From Bacteroidia bacterium (GTDB taxonomy: Bacteria > Bacteroidota > Bacteroidia > UKL13-3): a stretch of DNA of 64,000 nucleotides. The DNA is taken from NCBI GenBank assembly GCA_025454875.1, contig JALONP010000025.1, positions 5,264-69,263 of the forward strand, written 5' to 3'. Numbering within the stretch: position 1 is the stretch's first letter; every line of letters starts with the position of its first letter. Below are positions 1 through 9,308 of this stretch, one piece after another. Under the pieces are notes generated by a model. That model did no database searches. It was not told the DNA's origin and worked only from the letters and a program-made list of their open reading frames with translations. Both the position numbers and the translations under genes were made by a program.

Positions 1-1
1 A

Positions 2-346
2 GATTACAACGGTACATACAGTGATTATCGGGAAGAACAAGATGAACTTGAAGCACTTGCAGAGCAACCAATTGCTGCGCCTCCTGCCAAAGAAGTGCAA
101 GCACCAAGTGAACCAACTACAACAGGTAAAAAGAAATTAACCTTCAACGAAAAAAGAGAGTATGGGCAGTTGGAAGTACAAATAGCCGCACTCGAAACTG
201 AAAAATCAGAATTGGAATTGCAACTGTCAGATACCAATGCTGATTATGCGTTAATTGCCAACCGTGCAGCTAGGTACGAAGAGGTGAAGCAATTACTCGA
301 TACCCATGGATTGCGTTGGTTAGAGCTTGCCGAACGCATGGATTAA
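2..346 (+). CDS. ABC-F family ATPase, C-terminal fragment (gene begins upstream of the window)
   Basis: The frame is open from the window edge. The tail KKLTFNEKREYGQLEVQIAALETEKSELELQL... is the coiled-coil C-terminus typical of Uup/YbiT-type ABC-F proteins. Confidence 0.6.
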   Translation, partial: DYNGTYSDYREEQDELEALAEQPIAAPPAKEVQAPSEPTTTGKKKLTFNEKREYGQLEVQIAALETEKSELELQLSDTNADYALIANRAARYEEVKQLLDTHGLRWLELAERMD

Positions 347-1392
347 TGTTCTTCTGTGTAGTAAATTTTGTAGTACTTTCTTCCGTCATGGTCTTCTCCA
401 CGCTCAATAAGTTCGCGGTTACCATGAATGTAAATATGAAAATTTTTATCAAGCTTGAGCACGCTTTTAAACACCCTTGCTTGTTTAGCAACAGCTTGAG
501 TTGAAATATCGAAACTCCCTTTGATATCCAATTCTGCTTCAGTGGCCATCGTGTTTTTAAATTTTGTAAAGGAGTCAATTACCTCTTGGTCTGCAAAAAG
601 ATGTTGGGCAAATTCCTGTTCATTAAAGCGTTCGTTCTCTTTAAAATAAGCAACCGATTTATTGAGCAAGTCAATTTGATCTGCTCTGCTTACCTCAAAT
701 GATTCGGGAAGTTCGGTTGTAACAAACGCCTTGGTTACTGATAAAAAGTTATGGGTAAAGTGGTAATTGTCTGCGCAACTTACTATGCCCAAAAAATCAT
801 CTTTCCAAAATTGTGCATCCGCACCACGTGTTGATTTATCGATACTGCATACCCGGTAACCACTTTCTGCATGCACGTTAAAAATAAGGGCTCCTTTATC
901 TAAATTGTTAATGTTAAAGCCGCGCTCCAATGTCATTTTGTACTTTTTTCCGTTTCGTTCGCTCACAATAAACGGATCTTTATGTTCTGCCTTAAACAAG
1001 CCAATGGCATTGCAAGTTTGTCCATCCACTAAGCAATGTTGGATATATGCCACAAACAAATCACCCGCTTTGATATTTGGATGTTGGGTGCACTCAAATA
1101 AATGTTTGGCAATATGTATAGATTGCATGTGAAACGAACGTTCATCTTCAAACACTGAAGAACTAAATTGACAAACAGGATTGAGTTCTGGATGATTGGT
1201 GCTTGATGTAAATTGGTAAAAGATGGGTTGGTTAAAAGGCTTTAAAAAATAATGGTGCAGGCTTTCAATCAATGATTCGTCTGTGAGTGCCAATGGCTCT
1301 GAGGTAATGTACAATTGCTCTCCATTGTTTTTATTGCCAACGTCATGGCCCGATAGTGCGGTAATGGTAGCAGCGCTTAAGTCAATTTGCAT
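343..1392 (-). CDS. Nucleoid-associated protein, NdpA/YejK-like (PF04245-type)
   Basis: 349-aa ORF. The N-terminus has GHDVGNK, FLKPF and YQF. It also has IAKHLFE..HPNIKAGDLFV and AIGLFKAEHKDPF, the pattern I recall for Bacteroidota NdpA homologues. Confidence 0.75.
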   Translation of the reverse strand: MQIDLSAATITALSGHDVGNKNNGEQLYITSEPLALTDESLIESLHHYFLKPFNQPIFYQFTSSTNHPELNPVCQFSSSVFEDERSFHMQSIHIAKHLFECTQHPNIKAGDLFVAYIQHCLVDGQTCNAIGLFKAEHKDPFIVSERNGKKYKMTLERGFNINNLDKGALIFNVHAESGYRVCSIDKSTRGADAQFWKDDFLGIVSCADNYHFTHNFLSVTKAFVTTELPESFEVSRADQIDLLNKSVAYFKENERFNEQEFAQHLFADQEVIDSFTKFKNTMATEAELDIKGSFDISTQAVAKQARVFKSVLKLDKNFHIYIHGNRELIERGEDHDGRKYYKIYYTEEH

Positions 1393-1542
1393 GCCGTGAA
1401 AATAAAGTCTTCACGCCAAATCGTAACTAAAATGTACAGTAAATAAATGCCGCTGTGTATATGTTACTAAGTGAACAATCAAGATAACCTGTGCTTTACC
1501 GTATTTAGCAATACCAAAACGGCATTAATTTTATTAAGATAC

Positions 1543-2229
1543 ATGAAACCATTTTTATTGCAAATTACCGAAACAACTGCCACCGTTGCTGCAACTCCTG
1601 CAGTTGAAGGATCTCAGAGTTTATTTGACTTGGCACTTAAAGGAGGTTTGGTAATGATACCATTGGCCATTTTAAGTATTATGGCTGTATACCTCACCGT
1701 AGAACGTTATTTAACCATTAAAAAAGCCTCAAAGCTTGATGCACACTTTATGGCCAATATTAAAGATATGGTGTTAAATGGAAACATTAAAGGAGCCAAA
1801 GCATTGTGTGAGCGAACCAATTCGCCAATTGCGCGTATGCTTGATAAAGGAATTTCGCGTATTGGCAAACCGCTTCAAAACATTGATGTGAGTATTCAAA
1901 ATGCAGGAAACCTTGAAATTAATAAATTGGAAAAAGGCATGCCAACGTTGGCTACTATTTCGGGAGCAGCTCCAATGCTTGGATTTTTAGGTACTGTAAC
2001 AGGGATGGTTACTGCGTTTTACAATATGTCGCAAGCAGGTTCTAACCTTACTGTTAGTTTATTGGCTGGTGGTATTTACGAAGCGTTGGTTACAACTGTA
2101 ACCGGATTAATCATTGGAATTTTTGCCTATGTGGCATACAATCAATTGACAGCAATGATTGAAAAAATTATTCACCAAATGGAAGCAAGTTCGGTTGAGT
2201 TTATCGACTTGTTACAAGAACCTGCATAA
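1543..2229 (+). CDS. exbB: MotA/TolQ/ExbB proton-channel protein
   Basis: Three TM segments and the C-terminal AAPMLGFLGTVTGM motif. It is followed directly by exbD and tonB. ATG at 1543 is preferred over the upstream GTG at 1471. Confidence 0.9.
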   Translation: MKPFLLQITETTATVAATPAVEGSQSLFDLALKGGLVMIPLAILSIMAVYLTVERYLTIKKASKLDAHFMANIKDMVLNGNIKGAKALCERTNSPIARMLDKGISRIGKPLQNIDVSIQNAGNLEINKLEKGMPTLATISGAAPMLGFLGTVTGMVTAFYNMSQAGSNLTVSLLAGGIYEALVTTVTGLIIGIFAYVAYNQLTAMIEKIIHQMEASSVEFIDLLQEPA

Positions 2230-2231
2230 GT

Positions 2232-2630
2232 ATGGCCTTTAAACGAAGAACCAAAGTTAAGCCTGATTTTAACATGGCATCCATGACGGATCTCGTGTTT
2301 TTATTGCTCATCTTTTTCATGATTACCTCAACATTGGTGAGCCCCAATGCCATTAAGGTATCATTACCGCAAGCCAGCAGCCAGGTTACCACCAAAACAA
2401 GCTTGGTTGTAAGCATTACACCCGAACTACGTTTTTACATCGATGCACTGGAAGTTTCGCGTGAGCAATTGGAGCAAACCTTAACGGCTGCCCTTATTTC
2501 AAAAGCGGGCTCCGAAACTGTAGTATCCGTTAATTGTGATAAAAGTGTACCTGTTGAATATTTGGTTCAGGTTATGCGCATTTGCAATAATCAGAAAGCA
2601 AAAGTCGTTTTAGCTACACAGCCCGAATAA
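2232..2630 (+). CDS. exbD: Biopolymer transport protein ExbD/TolR
   Basis: 132 aa. The N-terminal MASMTDLVFLLLIFFMITS TM helix is typical of ExbD. It starts 2 nt after the exbB stop. Confidence 0.9.
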   Translation: MAFKRRTKVKPDFNMASMTDLVFLLLIFFMITSTLVSPNAIKVSLPQASSQVTTKTSLVVSITPELRFYIDALEVSREQLEQTLTAALISKAGSETVVSVNCDKSVPVEYLVQVMRICNNQKAKVVLATQPE

Positions 2631-2631
2631 A

Positions 2632-3450
2632 ATGAATACGGTTAAACTGCAAAAAGAAGAGCAACAACGCAAATGGATTGGTTATGGTGTAACCACATTT
2701 GTACACGCGTTGTTGTTATTATTGCTGTGGTGGGCAATGTTGCATCCGCCTGATCCGCCAATGGAATATGGTGGAATGGAGTTAAGTATGGCTTTGGGTT
2801 CACCAGATATGGGAGGCCCAAATGATATGCCCGTTGAAACCCCTGCTGCAGTTGTTCCTTCTACACCCGTTGAAGAGCAAGTGGCAACACAAGATGTAGA
2901 GGAATCGCCTGTAACTGTTCAAAAAAAGAAAGAAACACCTAAAGAAACCACCAAACAAAAAACACCAATTGAACCTACAGAACAAGCGCGTGTTGCCGAT
3001 TCACGTTCGTTGTTTAAGAAGAACCAAAATCAAACTTCTGAAGGAGGAAGGGGCGATGGCGTAATTCCAGGAAATGAGGGTTCCGAAAATGGAAATCCTG
3101 ATGGAAGTCCTGATGGTAATGGAACCGGAAATGGACAGGGTGGTACAGGCAATGGCACCGGCATGGGCGATGGAATGGGAAGTTATGATTTACGTGGAAG
3201 GAGTTTGGCTATCCGACCTGAAATTACTGACAACTCTCGTGAAACGGGCAGGGTGGTTGTTCAGATTGTTGTAGACCGAACAGGTCGTGTAATCAAAGCA
3301 GTTCCGGGTCAAAAAGGCAGTACCACATCAAGTTCTATCTTATGGGAAAAAGCCAAACAAGGTGCGCTTGATGCTCGATTCTCGCCTAAGCCAGACGGAC
3401 CAGAAGAGCAGTATGGTACCATGACATTTGTGTTCAGGTTTAAGCAGTAG
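2632..3450 (+). CDS. tonB: Energy transducer TonB
   Basis: N-terminal TM anchor, a Pro/Glu/Lys-rich then Gly/Asn-rich linker, and a C-terminal TonB_C-like domain (GRVVVQIVVDRTGRVIKA...MTFVFRFK). It starts 1 nt after exbD. Confidence 0.8.
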   Translation: MNTVKLQKEEQQRKWIGYGVTTFVHALLLLLLWWAMLHPPDPPMEYGGMELSMALGSPDMGGPNDMPVETPAAVVPSTPVEEQVATQDVEESPVTVQKKKETPKETTKQKTPIEPTEQARVADSRSLFKKNQNQTSEGGRGDGVIPGNEGSENGNPDGSPDGNGTGNGQGGTGNGTGMGDGMGSYDLRGRSLAIRPEITDNSRETGRVVVQIVVDRTGRVIKAVPGQKGSTTSSSILWEKAKQGALDARFSPKPDGPEEQYGTMTFVFRFKQ

Positions 3451-3494
3451 ATTTAGGATCCAATACAACAGGTTCTGTTTCACTTGATTCACTT

Positions 3495-3581
3495 GTTCAA
3501 TCCCTTCGGGATTGAACGGCTCTAACCTCGAATGTAATTCGAGGTTGTTAGAGGGGAATTATAAACAACCACAAAGTGGTT
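3495..3581. repeat. Cluster of three stem-loops 3' of tonB and 3' of the Y1 transposase gene
   Basis: 3495-3517 is a perfect 10-bp stem, gttcaatccc/gggattgaac, with a TTC loop. 3520-3553 is a 14-bp stem with a small bulge (ctctaacctcgaat...attcgaggttgttagag). 3567-3581 is aaccac-aaa-gtggtt. Confidence 0.6.
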
Positions 3582-3587
3582 GAATTC

Positions 3588-4034
3588 TTACAACAAGTAT
3601 CGCTCATCATACTCAACCCTATGTTGTTTTAAGAGTATGGTATACTCTTCTATGTAGCTCTTTTCTTGATGGTGTTTCTCTTGGTTTGCCACATAAGTAA
3701 TCACCCGATTAAGTTCTTTGATACTATAAGTAAACGCGCCATATCCAACTTGCCAGCTTGAAAAGTTGTCGAATAACTTTTGTTCTTTAATGAATAATGA
3801 ACTTGCTACTTTAATATCTTTTACAAATGATGCCAGTGCAATGCTTTGATGAATATGAGTAACGATGTGGACATGATCCTCAACTCCATTGATTATGTAT
3901 AAATGACAATTCTTATTATGAATGATACCAGCCATATAGTTAAACAATATGGTTCTGTTGTTTTTAGCCAGTACGCGTTCGCGATTTTTTGTACTAAATA
4001 CAATTTGGTAAAGCAATTGTGTGTATGAACTCAT
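3588..4034 (-). CDS. IS200/IS605-family Y1 (HUH) transposase-like protein, RAYT-like, solitary
   Basis: 148 aa with the HUH motif HVHIV and a C-terminal YVANQEKHH tyrosine region. There is no tnpB partner. Confidence 0.75.
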   Translation of the reverse strand: MSSYTQLLYQIVFSTKNRERVLAKNNRTILFNYMAGIIHNKNCHLYIINGVEDHVHIVTHIHQSIALASFVKDIKVASSLFIKEQKLFDNFSSWQVGYGAFTYSIKELNRVITYVANQEKHHQEKSYIEEYTILLKQHRVEYDERYLL

Positions 4035-4153
4035 CGTTTGGGGTCATTATTTTACTCTTTTACAGTTAAGGGTTATACGTTTGTTATGCAGCAGTTTTTT
4101 ACATCTCGTTATCCAAATCTACCAACTTCAAAGTCATTGTTCTATCTGTTTCC

Positions 4154-4200
4154 CCGCAGGTTTCACCTGCGGTCATTTACATTCAAGCCATTCTGGCTTG
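4154..4200. repeat. Two GC-rich TTC-loop hairpins upstream of the Y1 transposase gene and 3' of the DUF4294 gene
   Basis: 4154-4172 is ccgcaggt-ttc-acctgcgg (8-bp stem). 4184-4200 is caagcca-ttc-tggcttg (7-bp stem). Confidence 0.6.
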
Positions 4201-4210
4201 CCCCTCACAC

Positions 4211-4756
4211 TTACTCGAACCCCAACGACTGAATAATTTGTTCAATTTGCCAATCCTCAACAGGGTTGTATTCGTTTTTTAAATCAGCCGAAAAAACTTT
4301 GGCCAAACCCTGCCAGTAAAGCGCGGTGAAGTTGCCACGGTAGTCTTTTAAAAGTGAGTATGTGTCTTTTCCAGTTTCGCGGTGGATGAGTTTGATCAGA
4401 ATTTTTCCTTGAGATACGGTGAGGTTTACCAAGTCATCCATAAACTGTTCTTTAATGGCTTCTTCGGTACGTTTAAGGTATTCTTTTTTTGCTTTTTCGG
4501 TTGGCAATAGGGCTAGGTTTTGCTCCATTAGCTGAAACCTAAAGCCAGCCATCTTTGCGTAAGGCAATGCTTTTTTAACATCACGTACCAATTTTTGATA
4601 GCGTTTTTCGTATTCAGGGTCTTTTTGTGCTTCCACAATAAAGGCCGGAAGTGTGTATACTTTAATGGTATCTTGCTTGGGTGTTGGCTGCGTTTGCGAC
4701 CAAGCAGTATGAACAGTTCCAATAAGTGCAATTAAAAAGACAAGCAGTTTGTTCAT
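4211..4756 (-). CDS. DUF4294-like secreted protein
   Basis: Signal peptide MNKLLVFLIALIGTVHTAWSQ. The motifs RDVKKALPYAK and QGKILIKLIHRETG match my recollection of DUF4294. Confidence 0.55.
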   Translation of the reverse strand: MNKLLVFLIALIGTVHTAWSQTQPTPKQDTIKVYTLPAFIVEAQKDPEYEKRYQKLVRDVKKALPYAKMAGFRFQLMEQNLALLPTEKAKKEYLKRTEEAIKEQFMDDLVNLTVSQGKILIKLIHRETGKDTYSLLKDYRGNFTALYWQGLAKVFSADLKNEYNPVEDWQIEQIIQSLGFE

Positions 4757-4785
4757 ATCCCAAATATAACGAAAATGATGCCGAG

Positions 4786-5937
4786 TTATGTCGTCTTTTT
4801 AGAACGTAGCAACCAAACACAACCAATGATGCCAATAACAACTAAGGCACTCGAGATTAATTGAGCTTGTGTTACATGCATGCTGCCAATGGTGTACGTG
4901 CTGTTTACCCTTATACTTTCAATTGCAAAACGCTCGATTCCATTCAGTACAAGGTAAATGCTAAACAATACGCCTGGTATTTTAATGCGTTTGCGAATGG
5001 CCCACAATACTCCGAACAAGGCAATAGCCATGGCTGCCTCATATAATGGAGTTGGAAAAACAGCTTCGGGCAATGCAAAACAATGACGCCCTTCGCATCC
5101 AGGTATTGGCACACCTTCACCAAGCACATTGTGTGGGTAGGTATATGCCCAAACCCAATCAGGAAATGCGGCCAACCAATTTGGTTTTGGCAAGTTATTT
5201 ACAATTCCCCAATCGCCATCACCGCTTAAATGGCAACCAATACGTCCAATACCATATGCAAGCATTAATGCAGGTGCTGCTGCATCCATCATTTGCAACG
5301 AAGGAATACCGTGTTTGTGTGTATACCGCAATACCATTACTGCTGCTACAATTAATCCTCCGTAAAACGTAAGTCCGCTAAATGATAACAATGCGCCAAT
5401 TGGGTCAACCAATAAATCATCAATATTTTCGAGGTTATGAAACAATTTAGCACCAATTAATCCGCTCACTGCTGCAATGAGTAAAATATTACCCATTAAC
5501 TGGTATGGATGCACGGTAATGGTTTGGGTTATGGGTGTATGTTGTTTAGCAGCCTTGTCTTCTTTGTAAATGGTATTAGCGCCCCAAACACCTCCAGCAA
5601 TCGCGCCTAAAAAGTTACCACGCATCGATAAAATGAAACCTTGGGTATCGGCAAGCAAATCAGAATAGTTGAGAACCATATCCAACAATTTGTAACCAAT
5701 GAGTCCGCTTACCAATATGCTCAATCCATAATCCCAACTGGTTTTGGGTTTATGTAATGTAATGGTTCTGGTAAATGCATGCAACAATCCTTGGGCTTCT
5801 TTGCGTTTGAGTTCTGATGCAGTTGCCCAATAAGCGGCTATAAATGAAATCCCCATTAAAAAACCAAAAGTTTGAATAGGCAAGGGGATGTAAATACCCA
5901 ACAAATCGTTGAGCATATCTGAAATGGTTGGATACAT
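4786..5937 (-). CDS. lgt: Prolipoprotein diacylglyceryl transferase, long form
   Basis: 383 aa, polytopic. Has GIGRIGCHLSGDGDWG, FPTPLYEA and GIERFAIESIR, the Lgt signature regions. Confidence 0.85.
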   Translation of the reverse strand: MYPTISDMLNDLLGIYIPLPIQTFGFLMGISFIAAYWATASELKRKEAQGLLHAFTRTITLHKPKTSWDYGLSILVSGLIGYKLLDMVLNYSDLLADTQGFILSMRGNFLGAIAGGVWGANTIYKEDKAAKQHTPITQTITVHPYQLMGNILLIAAVSGLIGAKLFHNLENIDDLLVDPIGALLSFSGLTFYGGLIVAAVMVLRYTHKHGIPSLQMMDAAAPALMLAYGIGRIGCHLSGDGDWGIVNNLPKPNWLAAFPDWVWAYTYPHNVLGEGVPIPGCEGRHCFALPEAVFPTPLYEAAMAIALFGVLWAIRKRIKIPGVLFSIYLVLNGIERFAIESIRVNSTYTIGSMHVTQAQLISSALVVIGIIGCVWLLRSKKTT

Positions 5938-6308
5938 TATGGATGTGTTGCTGCTAAAGGGTTTGGATAATTATCACTTTGGTCTTCGTTGGTTTGATCA
6001 AGGCAAACAAAATCTTTTTCAACCAATAAGTACAATGATTGTTGCTGGTCTAGTGGCATATTGCTTTCATAACCTACACGTTCCGTTTGAACCCATTCAT
6101 TTGCCCAAGTTTTAGGCATTCCTACGGTTACGGTTGCATTTTCAAAAGAAGCTTCAAGTTGGTTTCCGGTTGTTTGGGTCAGGCAATAAGAAAGCTTTTG
6201 GTTTCCAATTTGTGTGGTTTCAACAATGCGGCCCTCTTTACCAAAACGGTCTACTTCAGAGCGGGTTAAGCGCAAGCGTATGGAGTTTCCTTTGATGCGT
6301 ATTTTCAT
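5937..6308 (-). CDS. Hypothetical protein (small, soluble), translationally coupled to lgt
   Basis: 123-aa ORF. Its TAA stop overlaps the lgt ATG (TAATG at 5937). I do not recognise any motif with confidence. Confidence 0.5.
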   Translation of the reverse strand: MKIRIKGNSIRLRLTRSEVDRFGKEGRIVETTQIGNQKLSYCLTQTTGNQLEASFENATVTVGMPKTWANEWVQTERVGYESNMPLDQQQSLYLLVEKDFVCLDQTNEDQSDNYPNPLAATHP

Positions 6309-6444
6309 AACGAAGCAAATGTAGGTAAATCTATTTGGTAACGAGAATGTCAGTTTTTAAAATCGATGCAACGTTTGCTATGGTTTTTGCGTTTACCTAA
6401 TACACGCATACTTTCATAGGTTGATTGTGTAATTTACAACAAGG

Positions 6445-6473
6445 GGCAGCTTCGGTTCAGAAGTTGCCTTTTT
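6445..6473. terminator. Stem-loop 3' of the aldo/keto reductase gene
   Basis: ggcagcttc-ggttca-gaagttgcc is a 9-bp stem with 1 mismatch, flanked by TTTTT on the plus strand. The T-run lies on the strand opposite to the gene, so its function is uncertain. Confidence 0.3.
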
Positions 6474-6476
6474 GTT

Positions 6477-7493
6477 TTACGGCTTGATAATGCGGTCGTA
6501 AAATCCACCATACGTTACATTGCGTACGCCATCTTCCATGAAAAAGTCTCCCGGAAATCCCAATTCAATGGCACTCACTTCATTTAATTCTTCCAAGAAC
6601 TTTTCGGGTATGGTGAGGGCTAAACTGTTTATGTTTTGGGTTATTTGATCTACCCGAGTTGCACCTATAATGGGCACACACGAAAATCCTTGTTGCATGG
6701 TCCACCTCAATGCAACATGTGCAGGCGGTACATCTAATTGTTTGGCAATGTCCACCACTTGTTGTGCAATGCGCGTGCTGCGTTCATTGAGGCGTTTGCT
6801 TGTTTCAGGTAAACGGCCCTTATCACCAACCAAATATTTACCTGTTAGTGCGCCACCTGCTAAAGGCGCCCAAGGTGTTACGGTAAGACCGTAATGTTTA
6901 GCCATTGGAATCAAGTCGCGTTCGGGTGTACGTTGCAACAAACTGTATTCTATTTGCAATCCTATAAAAGGATTCCACCCCATGCACTCTGCAAGTGTTT
7001 GGCCTTTGCTAATAATCCATGCTGGAGTATCGCTAATAGCAATATAGGTAACCTTACCTTGTTTGATAAGGTCGTCCATTCCGCGCATCACTTCATCAAT
7101 TGGTGTCAGGTTGTCCCAAATATGCAAGTACAAAATATCGATAAAATCAGTTTGCAACCGTTTTAAGCTTTGCTCAACGCTACGCATCATATTTTTACGG
7201 TTATTACCACTTGCATTTACATTGGTTTGGTTATCGTGCAAGGTGTACTTGGTTGCTACTACAAAATGGTCACGGTTGGGTTTAATGTACTCGCCAATAA
7301 TCAACTCACTGCTGCCTTCGGTATACCGATTGGCTGTATCAATAAAATTGCCTCCTGCCTTGGCAAATGTGTCTAAAATGGCAAAGCTTGTTTGTTTGTC
7401 TGCACCCCATCCCCATTCTGTTCCAAAGCCCATTGTGCCTAAACACAACTCTGAAACTTTAAGCCCTGATTTACCAAATAATGTGTATTTCAT
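6477..7493 (-). CDS. Aldo/keto reductase
   Basis: 338 aa. The N-terminus LGKSGLKVSELCLGTMGFG and FIDTANRYTEGSSE, then DILYLHIWD, are typical AKR motifs. Confidence 0.9.
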   Translation of the reverse strand: MKYTLFGKSGLKVSELCLGTMGFGTEWGWGADKQTSFAILDTFAKAGGNFIDTANRYTEGSSELIIGEYIKPNRDHFVVATKYTLHDNQTNVNASGNNRKNMMRSVEQSLKRLQTDFIDILYLHIWDNLTPIDEVMRGMDDLIKQGKVTYIAISDTPAWIISKGQTLAECMGWNPFIGLQIEYSLLQRTPERDLIPMAKHYGLTVTPWAPLAGGALTGKYLVGDKGRLPETSKRLNERSTRIAQQVVDIAKQLDVPPAHVALRWTMQQGFSCVPIIGATRVDQITQNINSLALTIPEKFLEELNEVSAIELGFPGDFFMEDGVRNVTYGGFYDRIIKP

Positions 7494-7526
7494 GTGTACC
7501 CTAAAATTGGTAGATGATAAGATTAG

Positions 7527-9290
7527 TTACTCAATTTTACCATCCCATAACATGCGAGCTTTAATACCATGCATGTGCTGAATATTTTTGAATTGTTCAA
7601 AGTATGGATATTGGTCGCCCAACTGCTGTTTTAACCAATAGGTTTGCGCGCTGTTACCAAATGATTTTATGAATTTCTCAAACGGATCTTTTTGTTCAGG
7701 TAAACCCATAATTCGGTACTCGGTAAGGTTGGCTTTTTTAACTGCAATGGCTACCGCATCAGCCAATCCTCCTAAAGTATCCACCAGCCCTAATCCCAGC
7801 GCATCTCTACCAGCCCAAACATGTCCTTGAGCAATCGAGTCAACTTGTGCTTTTGTTAAACTACGTCCTTCAGCTACCCTCGAAATAAAATCATCATAAA
7901 TCCGATCAATCATTTTTTGCATAATTGCTTTTTCAGCAGCAGTCATTGGCCTATCCGGACTTCCTAAATCAGAGTATTCACCAAATTTTACTTTTTCAAA
8001 TTTAAGTCCGAGCTTGTTGTTTAATAAGTTTTGCGCATTTACAAACATGCCAAAAACCCCAATAGATCCAGTAATGGTATTTGGTTCTGCCACAATCATA
8101 TCTGCAGGCGCGGCAATATAATATCCACCACTTGCAGCTAATGCCCCCATTGATACAATAACCGGTTTTACTTTTTTGGTAAGCACAACTTCGCGCCAAA
8201 TAATATCGCTGGCCAACGCACTTCCACCTGGTGAGTTTACACGCAATACAACTGCTTTTACTGCTGTATCTTTACGTGCTTTAGCAATTGCTTCGGCAGT
8301 AGGTTTAGATCCCATCTGTCCGTCTCCACCATCTCCATCTACAATTTCCCCAACTGCATAAATCACTGCAATTTTATCTTTAGCGGTTAGTTTACCTTCA
8401 CGTGCTTTTGATTTGTAGCTGCCAATCGAAACCATTTCCAAATCGGCACTTTCTTCAATGCCCGAAAGTTTTTTAAGATCAGCCTCCATCTCATCACGGT
8501 ACTTCAATCCGTTAATCAAACCAAAAGCTACCGCATCTTCTGGTCGTTGCACTTTTAATTGGTTGCATATGTCTTCAAATACTGCGGGTTCAATTTTACG
8601 AGCCTTTGCAATTGAAACAATAAACTCTTGGTAAATGGTACCCATAAAGGATTCGATTTGCTTGCGGTTCTCAGCACTCATTTCGTTGGCAATAAATGGT
8701 TCACCCGCTGCTTTAAATTTGCCATGACGAATGAGTTCGGCTTGCACTCCAATTTTATCCAACATGCCTTTGATATACGTTGATGTGTAGGCAAATCCGT
8801 CAAGTAATACGGTTCCGGTTGGCGTAATAAAAATGCTATCAGCTACCGAAGCAATATAGTATCCATGTTCTTCAATGATTTCGCCATAAGCATAAATAAA
8901 CTTTTTTGATTGCTTAAAGGCAATAAGTTCATCACGAATCTCTTTAAGTGTAGCGTAGCTATTAGGTACTAATGCAATATCAATATAAATGCCTTTGATG
9001 TTTTCATCCGTTGCCGCATGCCTAATGCTCTTTAAAATATCATTTAACCCGGCATTAGAAGAACCTTCCATTGACGCAAAATCGAAGTTTTGAAAAGGGT
9101 CATTATTGGTACGCTCGTCAATTTCATAATTGAGGTGAAGGGATAAAATCGAATTTGATTTTACCTTGGTTTCCTCATCGCTACTACCTGCAAAGGCGGC
9201 CACAATGCCTATCAATACAAAAAACAGAACCACAATGGATAAAATGGTTCCTAACATACTTGCGAATAAAAATTTAAAAAACTGCTTCAT
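7527..9290 (-). CDS. sppA: Signal peptide peptidase SppA, 67K type
   Basis: 587 aa with an N-terminal TM anchor and two ClpP/crotonase-like halves. Has VVLRVNSPGGSALASD and the MGALAASGGYYIA catalytic-region motifs. Confidence 0.9.
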   Translation of the reverse strand: MKQFFKFLFASMLGTILSIVVLFFVLIGIVAAFAGSSDEETKVKSNSILSLHLNYEIDERTNNDPFQNFDFASMEGSSNAGLNDILKSIRHAATDENIKGIYIDIALVPNSYATLKEIRDELIAFKQSKKFIYAYGEIIEEHGYYIASVADSIFITPTGTVLLDGFAYTSTYIKGMLDKIGVQAELIRHGKFKAAGEPFIANEMSAENRKQIESFMGTIYQEFIVSIAKARKIEPAVFEDICNQLKVQRPEDAVAFGLINGLKYRDEMEADLKKLSGIEESADLEMVSIGSYKSKAREGKLTAKDKIAVIYAVGEIVDGDGGDGQMGSKPTAEAIAKARKDTAVKAVVLRVNSPGGSALASDIIWREVVLTKKVKPVIVSMGALAASGGYYIAAPADMIVAEPNTITGSIGVFGMFVNAQNLLNNKLGLKFEKVKFGEYSDLGSPDRPMTAAEKAIMQKMIDRIYDDFISRVAEGRSLTKAQVDSIAQGHVWAGRDALGLGLVDTLGGLADAVAIAVKKANLTEYRIMGLPEQKDPFEKFIKSFGNSAQTYWLKQQLGDQYPYFEQFKNIQHMHGIKARMLWDGKIE

Positions 9291-9308
9291 GTGTGTTGTT
9301 TTATGGTA

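Noticed and set aside
2950-3190. Gly/Asn/Asp-rich low-complexity stretch in TonB (GNEGSENGNPDGSPDGNGTGNGQGGTGNGTGMGDGMGS)
   Set aside because: TonB linkers are variable low-complexity regions. There is no DNA-level tandem repeat and no reason to infer a special function.
3495-3517. GTTCAATCC, a tRNA T-arm-like sequence
   Set aside because: It is a self-contained 10-bp hairpin. No acceptor stem, D-arm or anticodon arm could be drawn around it.
7063-7581. 172-aa plus-strand ORF
   Set aside because: It lies antisense within the well-supported aldo/keto reductase and sppA genes, which makes it a shadow ORF. The same reasoning applies to the other antisense ORFs in the track (for example 38865-39372 within ald and 22558-23040 within trmH).
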